From IMG/VR virus record IMGVR_UViG_3300020477_001602, positions 1 to 26,705 of that record: 26,705 nt of DNA, one strand, 5' to 3'. The first letter of the stretch is position 1. Every line of letters starts with the position of its first letter. The notes under the pieces are model-generated. The model worked only from the letters and a program-made list of their open reading frames with translations. It was not told the origin of the DNA and did not search any database. This DNA is from a virus (lineage: Duplodnaviria > Caudoviricetes). The translations under genes and the position numbers were made by a program. Below are positions 22,955-26,705 of this stretch, in pieces.

Positions 22955-25429
22955 TTATTGACAGCTTTCGCACGTAGGGTCTAAGATCGAGCAAGCTTTA
23001 CTAGCAGTATTAGTATCATTATTATCGCTTGTGTTACTATCACTAAAGTTACTATCCGTTTGAGTTGATTTCTCAATTTCGCTCGCACTTTTGTTCCTTA
23101 AATAATACGTACTTTTAAGACCTAATTTTTTAGCGTGAAAGTAAAGGTCATTTAAGTATTTTAATGAAGTTTTATTATTAAACAAGTTTAAACTTTGCCC
23201 CATGTCGATCCATTTTTGTCTAGCTGCGCCGCATTCTAGCAATTTAAATTGATCGTGATCAAATGCTGTTCTATATCTATCCTTCAAATCTTCTGTAAGT
23301 TCCCCGTTAAGTCTGGAAACGTCTCCGTTAACGGCTTTTATCATGTCAATTAAATTTTGATTCCACACTCCAAGATCTTTACATTCTTGCACAAACCATT
23401 CGTTTGTTATGATAAGATTGCCTGATTTATTTTCGTAAACAAAGAGGGTAGAAAAATCTGGCTCTATGCATGGAGAGCACCCCTGTATGTAGGATATTGT
23501 AGCGGTTGGAGCTATAGCCATTGTATTACTGTTTCGCATTCCGTCTTTTTTTACATTATTTCTCAACTCTTTCCAATCAAGCTCTGGGCAAAACTTTTTA
23601 CCTCTATGAATTATTGGCTTTTCATCTATATAATTCATTAATTCTCTGTAGGTATCTATGGGGAAGACTCCTTGTTCCCATAGTGAGCCTTTATAAGAAT
23701 TGTATTTACCTTTTTCTTTGGCAATTTTATTTGAATTATAAATGCAATGATAAGATATAAATTCGTAAAGTTCATCCGAAAATTTTACTGCATCTTCCGA
23801 GGAAAAACTTACTTTGTAAGAATGAAAAACGTCCGCCCACCCCATACTTCCAGCCCCCACTGGTCGATGACTCATATTAGCTTTCTCTGCTTCTTTCGTT
23901 GGATAGAAATTTAAATCGATTACGTTGTCTAGCATGCGCATTTGCGTTGCTATAGTTTTTGAAAGTAATTTAAAATTTAGTTTACCATTAGGCTTTAAGT
24001 GTTCTTTGAGGTTAACTGAACTTAAATTGCATACGGCAGTTTCTCCAACCTCAATTTTTTCTCCAGATTTATATTGAGAAGGCTTCGTGTGTAGGAAAAT
24101 TTCAGTACACAAATTGGAACTATGGATTACCCCTTCGTGAGAATTTGAATACCGCATGTTTGCGTTATCTTTAAAAGTTATCCAAGGGTGGCCTGTCTCA
24201 AAAAGTACTCGAAGCATTTTTTTCCACAAATCCTTAGCTCTAATCACCTTGAAGTTGGAAATTTCTCCTTGGTCTGCCATCTTGCAGTATTTTTTGTATT
24301 TTTTGTCAAACTTTTCGCCGTAAAGCTCGTGCAAGTCACTTACGTCAGAGGGGGAAAATAAATACCAATCTTTATCCTTTTCTACATGCTCTAAGAAAAG
24401 GTTGGGAATCCAGTTTGCTGTATTTAAATCATGACATCTGCGGCGTTCATCTCCGGTATTTTTTTTAAGATCTAAGAATTCTTCTATATCTAAATGCCAA
24501 GGCTCAAGGTAGGCGCATCCAGCGCCCGGACGCTTGCCTCCTTGGTTAACTGCAACAAGCAAGTCGTTGAAGATTTTAAGCCAAGGAACAAGGCCGCTAG
24601 AGGTTCCATTTGTCCCTTTAATGTGAGAGCCTGAGGAACGAAAGTTGGTAACGTCAAAGCCTAAACCTCCAGCGTATTTTGATTTTCTTGCTTCTTGCCA
24701 TGCGCCTTCAAATATACCATCAATGCTATCATCGAAAGTATTGAGATAACAAGAACTAAGCTGACTATGAGTAGTCCCGCTATTAAAAAGGGTAGGCGTA
24801 GAAGGGCATAAAAGAAATTGCGAAATCGTTTCATAGAATTCTATTGCTTTTTGTTCTTTATTCTTCTCCCCGAGAGCAAGCCCCATTGCTACCCTCATCC
24901 AGAATGATTGAGGTGCTTCTAGTCTTCTATTGTCAACCTTAAGAAGGTAACGATCATAAAGGGTTTGTAGGCCCAAGTATTTAAATTTAAGGTCTCTTTT
25001 TAAGGATAAAGATTCGGATAATTTTTTTAAATCAAAATCAAGAAGAGCTTTGTTTAGTACGTTTTCTTTGACAAGGGTTTTTGTATTCTTTATAAAAGAT
25101 AATCTATATTGGTGATCAAACGCATCCTTGTCTACGCTAGAGCCAAATACTTCTTTATGAATATTAAAGAGTAAAAGCTTTGAGGCTACAAAATTATAGT
25201 TAGGCTCTTTCTCTATCTTTTGTCTTGCGGACAGAATTAAAGCTTTATCAATTTCTTTTGTTGTAATTTTATCATAAAGCTGAACATGTGCATCGAGGAC
25301 GACTTCACTAGCAGAAACATTATCTAAATTAAAGCACGCTCTTTCGGCGCAAAGATTAATCTTGTTAATATCTAACTCTTGAAGGCGACCATTTCTTTTC
25401 TTTACTTGGATACTTGAGTCGCTCATCAC
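22955..25429 (-). CDS. nrdA: ribonucleotide reductase alpha subunit with N-terminal ATP cone
   Basis: VKKRNG ATP cone, PSTPTLFNSG, SSCYL, SNLCTEI, VCNLSS, APTATIS, STYYLR, C-terminal CESCQ. Confidence 0.96.
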   Translation of the reverse strand: MMSDSSIQVKKRNGRLQELDINKINLCAERACFNLDNVSASEVVLDAHVQLYDKITTKEIDKALILSARQKIEKEPNYNFVASKLLLFNIHKEVFGSSVDKDAFDHQYRLSFIKNTKTLVKENVLNKALLDFDLKKLSESLSLKRDLKFKYLGLQTLYDRYLLKVDNRRLEAPQSFWMRVAMGLALGEKNKEQKAIEFYETISQFLLCPSTPTLFNSGTTHSQLSSCYLNTFDDSIDGIFEGAWQEARKSKYAGGLGFDVTNFRSSGSHIKGTNGTSSGLVPWLKIFNDLLVAVNQGGKRPGAGCAYLEPWHLDIEEFLDLKKNTGDERRRCHDLNTANWIPNLFLEHVEKDKDWYLFSPSDVSDLHELYGEKFDKKYKKYCKMADQGEISNFKVIRAKDLWKKMLRVLFETGHPWITFKDNANMRYSNSHEGVIHSSNLCTEIFLHTKPSQYKSGEKIEVGETAVCNLSSVNLKEHLKPNGKLNFKLLSKTIATQMRMLDNVIDLNFYPTKEAEKANMSHRPVGAGSMGWADVFHSYKVSFSSEDAVKFSDELYEFISYHCIYNSNKIAKEKGKYNSYKGSLWEQGVFPIDTYRELMNYIDEKPIIHRGKKFCPELDWKELRNNVKKDGMRNSNTMAIAPTATISYIQGCSPCIEPDFSTLFVYENKSGNLIITNEWFVQECKDLGVWNQNLIDMIKAVNGDVSRLNGELTEDLKDRYRTAFDHDQFKLLECGAARQKWIDMGQSLNLFNNKTSLKYLNDLYFHAKKLGLKSTYYLRNKSASEIEKSTQTDSNFSDSNTSDNNDTNTASKACSILDPTCESCQ

Positions 25430-25475
25430 GTAAACCTGTATTGAATATACTACCTATTCTTTTTAAAAAGAAAAG

Positions 25476-26705
25476 CTAAATTTCTCTCCCACCCTGAGGA
25501 ATTAGATTGTTATCCGGAAGCTTAACTAGGTGAGCCTTAGTGTAGAGTATGTGATGAAATTTATGAAAATCAGACGGATAATAATTTGATATTCTATTTA
25601 GTTGGAACTTAACAGGTGTTCCAATGAAGTGCGCTTGAGCAGATTTAGTGTAGTACCAGAAGCTATTGCTATTCCAAAAGCTTACGTGAGTGGGGTCTTG
25701 GAAAGCTCCTCTGCCATCTGTACTTGGTACATCTATGATTGCCCAGCCGTAATCAGCGAGGCATCTATAAATTTCTTTCATCGTGTTTATTGGGTCTTTC
25801 ATGTGCTCTATTGCGTCTTGCGCTCTAAAAACTCCTACGGACCCATCTTCAAAGGGCCAATCAGGTTTATCTAAGTCATACACGATATCGTCATCATTCA
25901 GCTTTCTTTTGTCTACTCCTATGAATCCGGGGGGTTTGTTGTCGCAGCTACATAAGTCAACTTTTTTCAATCCTGATTCATCACTCCATTTCGATGCTAT
26001 GTCTAGCATGTATTTATCATGAAGTTCGTGAGTAAGTTCTGTAATTTTTTCGTTTTTTTCTCCGTAAGCCGTATTGTCTTCGTGAAAATGATATTTGTAT
26101 AAAGGTTCAGATATAAATTCGCACTTTCCGTTTATGTAAGTCTTGCAAAGTAGATCATAATCATCACACACATCCATCTCGGGATCATGCCCACCTATAG
26201 AATGATAGAAGCTAGATCTCCAAGCTCTTACATGGTCTGGAGAATAATATATGTACGAAAAAGTTAAGGCAGAAGGAGGGAAGGCGGGGTGGTATTGTTT
26301 GCCGTTCTTTTCGGCTTTCAACCAGCCGTACGCTTGGTTAAACGGAGTTTGGTAAGTCTCTTTTCCGTCGATAGTTCTGACGGAATAATCACTACTATAA
26401 ACGAAATCAGCATTTGTTTCGTCAAACTTAGCGGCTAGCTTTTCCAAGCAGTCGGGCTCAAGTTCGTCGTCGTGATCTAGTTCTACTAAGATTTCTCCGC
26501 TTGAGTTTTTGCAGCATTCAAACTTTAGGTAGCCTATGTTTTTGTTTTCCTTTTGGAAGATATCTATGATTTGGTAATTGAGACCAGCCTTCTCTATCTT
26601 TTTAGCTAGAGAATCTTTGTCGTCTTCCGCTTCACCGTTTAAGAGCAAGACCCATTCAAAGTCTTTAAACGATTGTTTTGATAGGCTGTTTAACGGCTTG
26701 TCTAT
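25476..26705 (-). CDS. GT2 glycosyltransferase fused to a C-terminal class I methyltransferase-like domain; 5'-truncated by the window
   Basis: Frame is open to the window end (IDKPLNSLSKQSFKDFEWVL); ELDHDD (DxD), CDDYDL; then VDLCS..GFIGVD, WPFEDGSV, DAIEH, EIYRCL..G, AFQDPTH. Confidence 0.85.
   Translation of the reverse strand: MDKPLNSLSKQSFKDFEWVLLLNGEAEDDKDSLAKKIEKAGLNYQIIDIFQKENKNIGYLKFECCKNSSGEILVELDHDDELEPDCLEKLAAKFDETNADFVYSSDYSVRTIDGKETYQTPFNQAYGWLKAEKNGKQYHPAFPPSALTFSYIYYSPDHVRAWRSSFYHSIGGHDPEMDVCDDYDLLCKTYINGKCEFISEPLYKYHFHEDNTAYGEKNEKITELTHELHDKYMLDIASKWSDESGLKKVDLCSCDNKPPGFIGVDKRKLNDDDIVYDLDKPDWPFEDGSVGVFRAQDAIEHMKDPINTMKEIYRCLADYGWAIIDVPSTDGRGAFQDPTHVSFWNSNSFWYYTKSAQAHFIGTPVKFQLNRISNYYPSDFHKFHHILYTKAHLVKLPDNNLIPQGGREI

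Noticed and set aside
1-26705. Alternative genetic code, tRNAs, introns or inteins in dnaE, dnaB or nrdA
   Set aside because: Genes are full length under the standard code with all three stops used; no insertions in conserved proteins and no cloverleaf seen in the short gaps.

Overview
AT-rich, gene-dense segment of what is most likely a large tailed-phage genome. This is inferred from the mix of replication genes, small hypotheticals and lysis-like membrane genes, with no cellular housekeeping operons. Most genes are on the minus strand. They include a DNA replication/recombination module (a DnaE-type C-family polymerase split into a free-standing PHP gene and a catalytic-core gene, a DEDDh exonuclease, primase, DnaB-like helicase, RecA-like recombinase, putative SSB and annealase, and several PD-(D/E)XK nucleases) and a class I ribonucleotide reductase whose beta subunit has the Tyr-less, Glu-ligand class Ic (Mn/Fe) signature. 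There is a dispersed glycosylation set (two GT34-like genes, a GT9-like gene, a GT2-methyltransferase fusion, a sugar O-methyltransferase-like gene and a DUF6165-like gene). A three-enzyme cassette (VOC/HPPD-like metalloenzyme, aldehyde dehydrogenase, lysine 6-/saccharopine dehydrogenase-like) resembles a lysine catabolic pathway. A small membrane/lipoprotein cluster with a signal peptidase I lies at 19.4-22 kb, and the window opens inside a poly-Thr, Cys-rich protein. Reading the intergenic DNA revealed five sigma70-like promoters that all have a 16-bp spacer, a recurring GTGTAAT upstream motif, two terminators and three small ORFs missing from the ORF track. All family assignments come from motifs recognised by eye, not from database searches.
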